DNA of 27,994 bases from a virus (Duplodnaviria; Caudoviricetes): positions 1-27,994 of the IMG/VR virus record IMGVR_UViG_3300012041_000056. One strand, 5' to 3'. Shown here piece after piece: positions 1 through 6,464 of the stretch. The notes under the pieces were generated by a model that did not search any database, was not told the DNA's origin, and saw nothing but the letters and a program-made list of their open reading frames with translations. Position numbers and translations under genes: made by a program. Every line of letters begins with the position of its first letter. Within the stretch, counting starts at the first letter, position 1.

Positions 1-2
1 CG

Positions 3-203
3 AGCTGGCGCTACACCCCCGAGCACCTGACCGACGTGACCGTCACCTGGCGGCGGTTCGGGTTCCGGCCGACGACGCAGGCCGAGCGCGAGGCGCGGCA
101 GCGCCGGCGCCTCGGCGGGATCCCGGTTATCCACGCCCCGGAGCTGCGGCCGGTGAGCCACGAGGTCGAGCGGCGGCTGCGCTCGATCGGGGCGCGCGCA
201 TGA
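3..203 (+). CDS. small phage hypothetical protein, 5' partial
   Basis: Open frame from the window edge (SWRYTPEHLTDVTVTWRRFGFRPTT...) to TGA at 201-203; ATGA overlap with the next ORF. The Y-x-P...TDV..TWRRFGF motif resembles small early proteins of proteobacterial phages (recalled, not searched). Confidence 0.55.
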   Translation, partial: SWRYTPEHLTDVTVTWRRFGFRPTTQAEREARQRRRLGGIPVIHAPELRPVSHEVERRLRSIGARA

Positions 204-322
204 GCCCCGACGCGGATCGCGAGCACCGCGAGGACGAGCGGCGGACGATGCAGGCGTTCGCGATGCTTTTCCTCGCGCTCGGGGTGGTGTTCGCCGCGCT
301 GGTGCTGGTCGCGGTGCTGTGA
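200..322 (+). CDS. 40-aa single-pass membrane peptide
   Basis: ATG at 200 overlaps the upstream stop (ATGA). MSPDADREHREDERRTMQAFAMLFLALGVVFAALVLVAVL: charged N-terminus plus one hydrophobic helix. Below the ORF-track size cutoff. Confidence 0.55.
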   Translation: MSPDADREHREDERRTMQAFAMLFLALGVVFAALVLVAVL

Positions 323-335
323 TGTTTTCCAGTTT

Positions 336-431
336 GGACGCCGGCCCTGCCTGCAGGGCAGATTCGGCGATTCGCTCCCCTCCCAGAGCGAGGGCTTCGA
401 GTCTGCTCGGGCCGGCGTCCGCTTTTCTTTT
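336..431 (+). ncRNA. structured RNA / attenuator-terminator hairpin with CCCUCCC loop
   Basis: Perfect 12-bp outer stem GGACGCCGGCCC (336-347)/GGGCCGGCGTCC (409-420); inner stem 356-367/397-408 with G-U pairs; apical stem 371-377/386-392 closing loop CCCTCCCA; followed by GCTTTTCTTTT. Confidence 0.5.
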
Positions 432-450
432 GATCAATAGGAGTTTGCGC

Positions 451-561
451 ATGAAGGTTGCACCAGACATCGACGTGAACGATCTGCTGAACCAGGAGGA
501 ACCCTTCGCCTGGCCGAGTGACGAGATCGAGGTCGAGGCGTTGTGCCGGGTGCCCGGGTGA
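451..561 (+). CDS. 36-aa acidic hypothetical peptide
   Basis: AGGAG RBS 7 nt before ATG 451; MKVAPDIDVNDLLNQEEPFAWPSDEIEVEALCRVPG; stop overlaps the next GTG (GTGA). Confidence 0.5.
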   Translation: MKVAPDIDVNDLLNQEEPFAWPSDEIEVEALCRVPG

Positions 562-800
562 GCCTCGCCACCCGCTATCTGATCGGCGAGCGCTACGGCC
601 TGCTGCTCGACCTCGACCAGTTGAGCAAGGTGCTCGGCGATGCCCCCGAGACGCTGCGCAACAAACACCACGCCGGCACGCTCGGCTTTCCGATGAGCAA
701 GAAAGGCGGCCGGCTCGTGGCGCACTACGAGGACGTGGCAGACTACGTTGATTCGTTCCGCGTCGGTGCACGGGCAATGCTCGAGGAGGTGAAGCCGTGA
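558..800 (+). CDS. excisionase / PrtN-like helix-turn-helix DNA-binding protein
   Basis: GTG 558 coupled to the upstream stop; ERYGLLLDLDQLSKVLGDAPETLRNK...RLVAHYEDVADYVD has the Xis/MerR-like wHTH pattern; lies near a tyrosine integrase. Confidence 0.65.
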   Translation: MSLATRYLIGERYGLLLDLDQLSKVLGDAPETLRNKHHAGTLGFPMSKKGGRLVAHYEDVADYVDSFRVGARAMLEEVKP

Positions 801-1117
801 TGGGCCCCGAAGCTATTGTGTACGCAGCGATCGTGATCGCCATCGTCGTGATTATCTGGAACGGCGCCATGAGCACCCCTACGCACGAGGCGCACGAGGC
901 GCTATACAAGCTCGCTCGTCTGAGGGCTGGCGATGAGATCGAACATCAAGCAGCCCGCGCGAAAACCGCAGAGTCCCGGCTGGCAGAAGCGGTGGCGGTG
1001 ATTCAGGAGTTGGTGACGCAGATCGAGAAATTCGCCGAAGAACAAGGCGAGGCAGATTTCTACACCGGCGCCGCCCGCGCCTTCCTAGCGCAGTCCAGCG
1101 AGAAGGGTGGCGGGTGA
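797..1117 (+). CDS. hypothetical protein, N-terminal TM helix plus coiled coil
   Basis: GTGA overlaps at both ends; hydrophobic AIVYAAIVIAIVVIIW followed by a helical region. Confidence 0.55.
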   Translation: MMGPEAIVYAAIVIAIVVIIWNGAMSTPTHEAHEALYKLARLRAGDEIEHQAARAKTAESRLAEAVAVIQELVTQIEKFAEEQGEADFYTGAARAFLAQSSEKGGG

Positions 1118-1416
1118 CGACCTACACGCTAATCCGCGAGGCGTTTCCGTTCGCACGTAAGCAGCACAGATGCATCTGGTGCGGCGAGTCGATCACCATC
1201 GGCACGAAGCACCGTTACGAGGTATCGACCTTCGACGGCCTGCAAAATCACCGCTGGCATTTAGAGTGCGACGCTGCCGCGGCGGACTATTTCAACTCCG
1301 GGGATGGGCCTGAGTTTGCGCCGCACGAAAACGAGCGCCCTCCCTCCTCCTCGGGTAGCGCGAAGCAAGGGGACGCCAGCCCTACCGCCCCCGCTTCGCC
1401 ACCCGCGCCGGATTGA
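1114..1416 (+). CDS. phage Cys/His (zinc-binding-like) protein
   Basis: ARKQHRCIWCGESI...G..HRY...DG...HRWHLEC pattern (CxxC...HxxC); 3' end overlaps the convergent integrase by 35 bp. Confidence 0.6.
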   Translation: MTTYTLIREAFPFARKQHRCIWCGESITIGTKHRYEVSTFDGLQNHRWHLECDAAAADYFNSGDGPEFAPHENERPPSSSGSAKQGDASPTAPASPPAPD

Positions 1417-2410
1417 CCTGCGTGTACCGGCGCAGGTTCCGCCAGTCCTTGATGCCGGTCACCGCCGACACCTCCTCGATCGGGTAGCCGCGCTCGAAAA
1501 GCGCGCTCGTCGCCTCGTGCCGCATATCGTGCAACCGCAGATCCGCGATCCCCGCCGCGCGTGCGGCCACCTTAAAACACCGACTCACCGTCCCGGGCTG
1601 GTACGGGAAGATCCGCTGGTCCGTCGCCCCTTCGGCCGGCCGCGGTTGCCGCATGATGATGTCGAGCGACTCACCGACGAGCGGCACGACCTGGTCGTTC
1701 CCCGCCTTCGCGCGCGGATCCTTGCGGTCCCGGACAACGATGGTGCGCGCGGCGACGTCAAGGTCGGTCCAGCTGATCCGGCACACCTCGCCTCGCCGGA
1801 AGGCGTTCAACGCCCCGAGGCGCACGATGTCGACCATCGGGATCGTGGTCGGGAGTGCCGCGAGCGCGGCGAGCAGCGCCACCCACTCGTCCTCGGAGGG
1901 CCGGCGCTCGCGCTTCCTTCCCGCCCCGATCAGCTTGAAGTGCCGCAGCGTCGGCCGGGCGACCCCCACCTGGTCGGCGTAGGGCACACCGAGGAGGGAT
2001 GCGACGTAGCGGAGCGCCGTCCCGAGCTTCGAGATCTCCATGTTCACGGTGTAGGGCCCGGCGCCGGCGCGCCGGCGCGCTCGGGCGTAGTCGACGAGGC
2101 TTGCGGTCGAGAGCCGATCCAGGCGCAGCGCAGCGAACCAGGCCGCGAGCCCGGCGAGCATGTAGTGCTCGGTCGACTGCCGGGCGACCGGGCGGCCGGC
2201 GTCGGCCCGCGCCGCCCGGTACTGCTCGAGGAGCCAGCCGACGCGCGCCGTGGACCCCGCCACGCGCCGCCCGAGGTCGGCCTGGTGTTCGAGGGACCGC
2301 GCCCAGGCCAGCGCCTCCTTGCGCGTCCTGAAGGTTCTGGAGGTACCCTGCTGGCCGGCCGGGCGGACCTGCGCTCGCCAGCCGCCCTTGTAGGGGTAGA
2401 TACTCGCCAC
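1382..2410 (-). CDS. int: tyrosine recombinase / phage integrase (342 aa)
   Basis: GTG at 2410 with GGGAG RBS; N-terminal arm-binding motif ASIYPYKGGWRAQVR; catalytic motifs AFRRGEV, RDRKDP, LHDMRHEA, TGIKDWRNLRRY. Confidence 0.93.
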   Translation of the reverse strand: MASIYPYKGGWRAQVRPAGQQGTSRTFRTRKEALAWARSLEHQADLGRRVAGSTARVGWLLEQYRAARADAGRPVARQSTEHYMLAGLAAWFAALRLDRLSTASLVDYARARRRAGAGPYTVNMEISKLGTALRYVASLLGVPYADQVGVARPTLRHFKLIGAGRKRERRPSEDEWVALLAALAALPTTIPMVDIVRLGALNAFRRGEVCRISWTDLDVAARTIVVRDRKDPRAKAGNDQVVPLVGESLDIIMRQPRPAEGATDQRIFPYQPGTVSRCFKVAARAAGIADLRLHDMRHEATSALFERGYPIEEVSAVTGIKDWRNLRRYTQVNPARVAKRGR

Positions 2411-2420
2411 CCGTACTCCC

Positions 2421-2619
2421 GGCGTGTGCACGTTGTGTGCAGTGCGGGAGTGTAGCAGAATGGGGATTAATGGGAGGAATACCAATGAGAACGGGCGCGC
2501 GGTGAGTGCTGCCGGGCCGGATCCCGCCGTAGTTCACGGGGAATCGTGGGGTTTCTAAGCCTTTGGTTCCACGTGGAACACACCCGTGTGCAGGCCGGGC
2601 GTGTGCAGTCCGTGTGCAG
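2421..2619. mobile_element. putative attP with integrase arm-type direct repeats
   Basis: Five copies of GTGTGCA at 2424, 2435, 2586, 2601, 2612, including two similar 11-bp-spaced pairs (GGCGTGTGCA-n3-YGTGTGCAG) flanking a ~140-bp central region directly upstream of int. Confidence 0.65.
2565..2580. promoter_or_regulatory. parS-like centromere palindrome
   Basis: GGTTCCACGTGGAACA (reverse complement TGTTCCACGTGGAACC); 15/16 match to the TGTTCCACGTGGAACA form of chromosomal parS, with a perfect 14-bp palindromic core. Confidence 0.65.
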
Positions 2620-2629
2620 CGGCGCGCGA

Positions 2630-2711
2630 CGTCGCAATGCGACGCCTGGCGTCACCCCTCCGCAGCCCGTTCCGGGCAAATCAACCGCTTACGACGGGCA
2701 CGCTCGGTGCG
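2630..2711 (+). promoter_or_regulatory. sigma54 promoter with IHF site and upstream activator-like palindromes, driving the pilin
   Basis: GG-N10-GC (GGCACGCTCGGTGC, GG 2697-2698, GC 2709-2710); exact IHF consensus WATCAANNNNTTR = AATCAACCGCTTA at 2679-2691; overlapping palindromes CGTCGCA-A-TGCGACG (2630-2644) and GACGCC-T-GGCGTC (2641-2653). Confidence 0.7.
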
Positions 2712-2765
2712 TGCCAGAGGAGCGGCAGTCTTGCCAGAACGTCAACATTGGAAGGGAGTCGAGCC

Positions 2766-3182
2766 ATGCGCAACATGAACAAGGGGTTCACGCTGATCGA
2801 GCTAATGATCGTGGTCGCGATCATCGGCATCTTGGCGGCGATCGCGCTGCCGGCGTACCAGGATTACACGGTCCGGGCGCGCACCTCCGAGCTGATCCTG
2901 GCCGCGTCGAGCGCGCGGACATCGATCACCGAGGCGGCGCAGCAGTTAAACACCAACGTGGGTGCGGGGAACGGGGTAGCGATCGGGATCGGCGGGAAGA
3001 TCGCATCGAGCGCGGTCTCGGCCGATGGGCAGATCGTAGTCACCGGGGATACTGCTTTGATGGGCACCTCGGGAATCGAGGTTACCCTGGTGCCGTCCTG
3101 GAACACCACCGCGAGCACGGTGATGTGGTCGTGCGAGGTGATGCCGATCAAGTACGCGCCCTCGAGCTGCCGGACGGACTAG
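2766..3182 (+). CDS. pilA: type IVa major pilin (138 aa prepilin)
   Basis: RBS GGAAGGGAG; short leader MRNMNKG|[32 protein letters not shown] (class III signal, E5); C-terminal disulfide loop WSC...APSSCR. Confidence 0.93.
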   Translation: MRNMNKGFTLIELMIVVAIIGILAAIALPAYQDYTVRARTSELILAASSARTSITEAAQQLNTNVGAGNGVAIGIGGKIASSAVSADGQIVVTGDTALMGTSGIEVTLVPSWNTTASTVMWSCEVMPIKYAPSSCRTD

Positions 3183-3326
3183 CAGCGGCGAGGTGGCTCG
3201 GGGCGAGCGGCGTGTTCCTCGCGGAAGCGCTGCTCATCCCCGGGCACTACGGCTGGCCGTGGCTCGCTGCGGCGCTGGCGTGCCAGGTCGCCGCGGTTGC
3301 GGCCGGTGGTCTCGAGCGGGAGTAGA

Positions 3327-3425
3327 TCAGGGACGGAAGGGCGCGGGGCTCGTGAGCCCCACGAGATAGCCGACGACGAACGCGACGGCGACAAGGGCGA
3401 GCAGGTACTGCAGCTCGAGGTTCAC
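3327..3425 (-). CDS. 32-aa membrane peptide, last gene of the late operon
   Basis: GTG 3425 overlaps the upstream stop (GTGA); (M)NLELQYLLALVAVAFVVGYLVGLTSPAPFRP. Confidence 0.5.
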   Translation of the reverse strand: MNLELQYLLALVAVAFVVGYLVGLTSPAPFRP

Positions 3426-3502
3426 CCGAGGAGCCAGGCGAAGACTGCGAAGATCACCGCCATGACGAGCACCCGCGCGATTGCGCGGGTCGACTCGCTC
3501 AT
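3422..3502 (-). CDS. 26-aa membrane peptide
   Basis: TGATG coupling to the upstream gene; MSESTRAIARVLVMAVIFAVFAWLLG. Confidence 0.5.
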   Translation of the reverse strand: MSESTRAIARVLVMAVIFAVFAWLLG

Positions 3503-3837
3503 CAACCGGGTTTCCCCGCACGGCGCAGCGTAACGAAGTACTCCTCGCCGAGCTCGAAGTGCTCGGCCGCCTCTTTCGAGAGCGTGCTGATCTCGAGCTT
3601 CCCGTACGGGAGCTCCTCGAACTTCGCCGGCGGATCGGTCGCGTCGGGTCGGCGGGCGAAGTAATAGACCGGCTCGAAGGTCACCTGGAACAGCGTCGAG
3701 GCCGGTTGGCCACCATCGTCGCGCGGCACCAGGTTCCGATGGTGGATCCGCGACACCTGCACGCACCGAAACTTGAACTTGACCAGGTGGTCGCCGTTCC
3801 CGGTGCCACCGGTGCCACCGCGGTGGCCGCCCTTCAC
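3502..3837 (-). CDS. conserved phage hypothetical protein
   Basis: KFKFRC...VTFEPVY...PYGKLEI...EAAEHFELGEEYFVTL resembles a widespread uncharacterised phage family (RAKF...PsGxIxl...AAxxFElGkEYYVDF; recalled); GTGA coupling. Confidence 0.7.
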   Translation of the reverse strand: MKGGHRGGTGGTGNGDHLVKFKFRCVQVSRIHHRNLVPRDDGGQPASTLFQVTFEPVYYFARRPDATDPPAKFEELPYGKLEISTLSKEAAEHFELGEEYFVTLRRAGKPG

Positions 3838-4103
3838 GGTGCGACCTCGGCTGGCCGCGCGCAGGCGAGCCGCTCGGCGTATGCCTTGCGGGCATGCACC
3901 AGGAGCTCGTCACGCTCGGCCATGATCACGAGCGGGAACTCGTAGTTCGTGAGGCGGGCGAGCTCCTGGTCGGTGCTCACCGCGGGCGGCGCCTCCACAG
4001 GCCCACGCAGGCAGGGCACCGGGACCGGCACCCGGACCACCTGCGGCAGGGGGGCGGACGCGCAGCCCGCCAGGAGCGCCACAGCGAGCCAGGCGGGCTT
4101 CAC
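3834..4103 (-). CDS. outer-membrane spanin (Rz1-like lipoprotein)
   Basis: GTG 4103 overlaps the Rz stop; lipobox LLAG|C followed by Pro-rich VVRVPVPVPC segment. Confidence 0.8.
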   Translation of the reverse strand: MKPAWLAVALLAGCASAPLPQVVRVPVPVPCLRGPVEAPPAVSTDQELARLTNYEFPLVIMAERDELLVHARKAYAERLACARPAEVAP

Positions 4104-4492
4104 TTCGCCAGCCTCTTCCGGATCTCGGCGACCGCGTCGTCGGCGGTCCTCGCCTCGCCAGGAGGCGCCGCGGCCGCGGCGCGCGCCCGGAGCTCGACCG
4201 ACCGCCGCTCGAGCGCGACGGCTGCCTTGGCGGCCGCCTGGCGCGCGGCCGCGGCCTCGGCCTCGGCTTTCGCCGCCCCGTTCTGCCAGCCCTGCACGGC
4301 GGCGTTCTGTTCGTCGAGCTTCGCCCCGAGGTCGCGGTTTCGGAGCTCGAGCTCGCCGTTCGCCCGGATCGCGTCCTCCCACTCGCCATGCACCCACCAC
4401 AGGGCGCCGGCGAGGCCGAGGATTACGAGCGCCGCCGCGCCGGCCGCGATGAGGGCGACCTTGAGCTGGATCAAGCCGGGCAAGGGGATCAT
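4100..4492 (-). CDS. inner-membrane spanin (Rz-like)
   Basis: ATG 4492 (ATGA with the endolysin stop); N-terminal TM helix then Ala-rich coiled coil (EQNAAVQGW...). Confidence 0.8.
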   Translation of the reverse strand: MIPLPGLIQLKVALIAAGAAALVILGLAGALWWVHGEWEDAIRANGELELRNRDLGAKLDEQNAAVQGWQNGAAKAEAEAAAARQAAAKAAVALERRSVELRARAAAAAPPGEARTADDAVAEIRKRLAK

Positions 4493-4995
4493 GCGAGCAG
4501 CTGCTCGGGGAGCGCCTGCGCCTTCGGCGCGGCCATCGACGGAATGAATACCCGCCGGGCGGAGATCGGGGGGCGCGTCTGCAGGTGAACCCAGTCGGGC
4601 GTCCAGCGCGGATCCTCGAGCCACAGGCCGACCACGCCGAGCTCGTCGATCATGCTGAGCTTGTGGCAGGCCGGAGCGGTGTGCGCGACGCACCAGCGCG
4701 CAAGCGCGCGCCCCGGGGTGTCCTGCAGATCGGCGCCCTCGCCGGTGATGTGGGCGGAGTTTTTCGCGGCGTTCGCGGTGCGATCGTTGATCACCGCCGG
4801 CCGCCAGCCCGAGGCGATCGGGGTGCCGGTCACCTCATCGCGACCAGGTGCTACACCATCTCGCTCGGCGCGCTCGAGCAGCGCGTTCAAGCGTCCGACG
4901 GTGACGAGCGCGTTCTGGCGCACCGCGCTCGAGAGCGCGTGCGCCGCGTCGCGCCCCATCAGGTAATCGGCGAGCGTGATCAAATAGCGCGGCAT
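4489..4995 (-). CDS. endolysin, peptidase M15 family
   Basis: SGWR...NSAHITGEGADL...WVHLQ zinc-peptidase motifs; GAGGAG RBS; located between holin-like genes and spanins. Confidence 0.88.
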   Translation of the reverse strand: MPRYLITLADYLMGRDAAHALSSAVRQNALVTVGRLNALLERAERDGVAPGRDEVTGTPIASGWRPAVINDRTANAAKNSAHITGEGADLQDTPGRALARWCVAHTAPACHKLSMIDELGVVGLWLEDPRWTPDWVHLQTRPPISARRVFIPSMAAPKAQALPEQLLA

Positions 4996-5004
4996 GCTTG
5001 CTCC

Positions 5005-5388
5005 TCATCGTGGCGGGTCGCTTCGTTCGAGCTCGCGGTCGGCACGACGCGCAAGGTACCGGTCGCCCCCGTAGGCGGCGAGGAACGCGCTCACGTATCC
5101 GGCGGCGAGCGGCAGGCCGACCATGAGCGCGCCGGTGAAGGCAAGCCCGGAGGCCGCGGCCGCGACGAGGATGCCCTGGACGATGCGCAGGCGGTCGACG
5201 GCGGCGCCGTCGCGCCATCCAGCGAGGAGCGGCAAGCTGGACGCGCCCCACCCGATGAGCGCGAGCACGGCGAGCACCGCCCAGTACTTGAGCGGGAGCT
5301 CCGCCGGGTCGTGCAGCCGCTCGGCGGCCGCCGCCGCGGCGCTACCGATCGTCGCCGCGGCGCCGAAACTCGAGCGTGCTCGTTGCAT
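5005..5388 (-). CDS. putative holin
   Basis: 127 aa, about three hydrophobic helices with a charged C-terminal tail, immediately upstream of the endolysin. Confidence 0.65.
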   Translation of the reverse strand: MQRARSSFGAAATIGSAAAAAAERLHDPAELPLKYWAVLAVLALIGWGASSLPLLAGWRDGAAVDRLRIVQGILVAAAASGLAFTGALMVGLPLAAGYVSAFLAAYGGDRYLARRADRELERSDPPR

Positions 5389-5767
5389 AGCGGGACGAGG
5401 TCGCGTATCGCACCATCAGGTTCGCCCAGTACGACCACGCGCCGAACGCGATGCTGAGCGGCGCGAACCAGACCGCGAGGCCGGTCGGGTCGTAGACGGC
5501 GAAAGTCGCGCACCAGGCGGCGACGACGAGGCCGGCGGCGGTGGCGCGCGTGCTCGAGGAGCGCCAGAGCGCGCGGTTGCCCCACAGGTGCCGGCGCACG
5601 TACTCCAGCATCGCACTCACCGCGAGCGCGGCGCCCGGGATCGAGAGCGCGAGCCCGAGGGCGATCGCATCGGGCGAGCCGTCTCCGAAGAATATCGCGC
5701 CCCAAGTGACGCTGGACGCGCCGAGCGCGGCGTCGGCCCCGAGCAGCATCCGCGAATCAGCACGCAT
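5342..5767 (-). CDS. multi-pass membrane protein (lysis-associated?)
   Basis: ATG 5767 overlaps the end of GT2; 141 aa with about four hydrophobic segments. Confidence 0.6.
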   Translation of the reverse strand: MRADSRMLLGADAALGASSVTWGAIFFGDGSPDAIALGLALSIPGAALAVSAMLEYVRRHLWGNRALWRSSSTRATAAGLVVAAWCATFAVYDPTGLAVWFAPLSIAFGAWSYWANLMVRYATSSRYATSTLEFRRRGDDR

Positions 5768-6464
5768 AGGCGCCCCACTTGTCGAAGTAGCGCTCGCGGT
5801 TGCGCTCGTGCTGGCCGGGCGCCCACTTCGTCGTCGCGCCGTCCTTGTGGTGGTGCACCACCAGGTCGTCGCGCAGGCAGAACCGCGCGCCGGCGGCATA
5901 CAAACGCATCACCCAGTCGTTATCCTCGAAGGCCTGGCCGGCGCGGTACTCCTCGTCGAATCCGCCGGCCCGCTCGAAGAGCTCGCGCCGGAGCATGGCG
6001 CAGAAGTGCAGCCCCGATCCGGCCGGTTGCGGAACGCCCTGGTCGGCGGCGCTGCGGCAGCTCGAGTGGCAGTGCCACTCCCCGCGCTCCGGGCACCAGG
6101 CGGCGGCGAGGACGTAGCCGGCGCTCCCGAGCTCGTCCAACTGCTCGCGCATCGCCTCGAGCACCGGGGCGCGGTGCACGACTTCGGGGTTCGTGATCAC
6201 GATCACGTCGCCGCGGGCGCGCTCGACGCCGCGGTTGATCGGCACGCACGGGTTGAGCGGCGTCGTTTTCGCCGGAAGCCTGAACACCCGCGCATGCCAC
6301 GCCCGCGGCAGGCACTCCAGCGGCGGCAGGTAGGCCCGATTCGGCGAGCCGTCGTCGACCACGACCAGGTCGAGCTCGAGCTCGCGATAGTGCTCGATGT
6401 AGCTGTTGATCGTGCGGTCGAGCGCCCCCTGGCGCTGCCAGTACGGCATGACGATCGAGATCAC
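5757..6464 (-). CDS. glycosyltransferase family 2
   Basis: GTG 6464; ISIVMPYW...VVVDDGS...INRGVERARGD...AGGFDEEY...FEDNDW: GT-A/GT2 N- and C-terminal motifs. Confidence 0.9.
   Translation of the reverse strand: MISIVMPYWQRQGALDRTINSYIEHYRELELDLVVVDDGSPNRAYLPPLECLPRAWHARVFRLPAKTTPLNPCVPINRGVERARGDVIVITNPEVVHRAPVLEAMREQLDELGSAGYVLAAAWCPERGEWHCHSSCRSAADQGVPQPAGSGLHFCAMLRRELFERAGGFDEEYRAGQAFEDNDWVMRLYAAGARFCLRDDLVVHHHKDGATTKWAPGQHERNRERYFDKWGAYAC

Noticed and set aside
2523-2600. Complete tRNA gene
   Set aside because: Only 5'-half resemblance; anticodon stem mismatched, no T-arm, no 3' acceptor strand or CCA.
2421-2619. CRISPR array or iteron origin from GTGTGCA repeats
   Set aside because: Repeats are 7-10 bp, irregularly spaced, with no cas or rep gene; arrangement fits integrase arm sites.
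2411-2765. N-terminal extensions of integrase (to 2485) and pilin (from 2586) in the ORF track
   Set aside because: Better starts with RBS at 2410 and 2766 match family N-termini; the extensions run through att repeats and promoter elements.
2766-3182. Pilin as the substrate of the phage glycosyltransferases
   Set aside because: Different strand and regulon, no oligosaccharyltransferase-like membrane protein, and the pilin ends in RTD rather than the C-terminal Ser used by TfpO; no positive evidence for a link.
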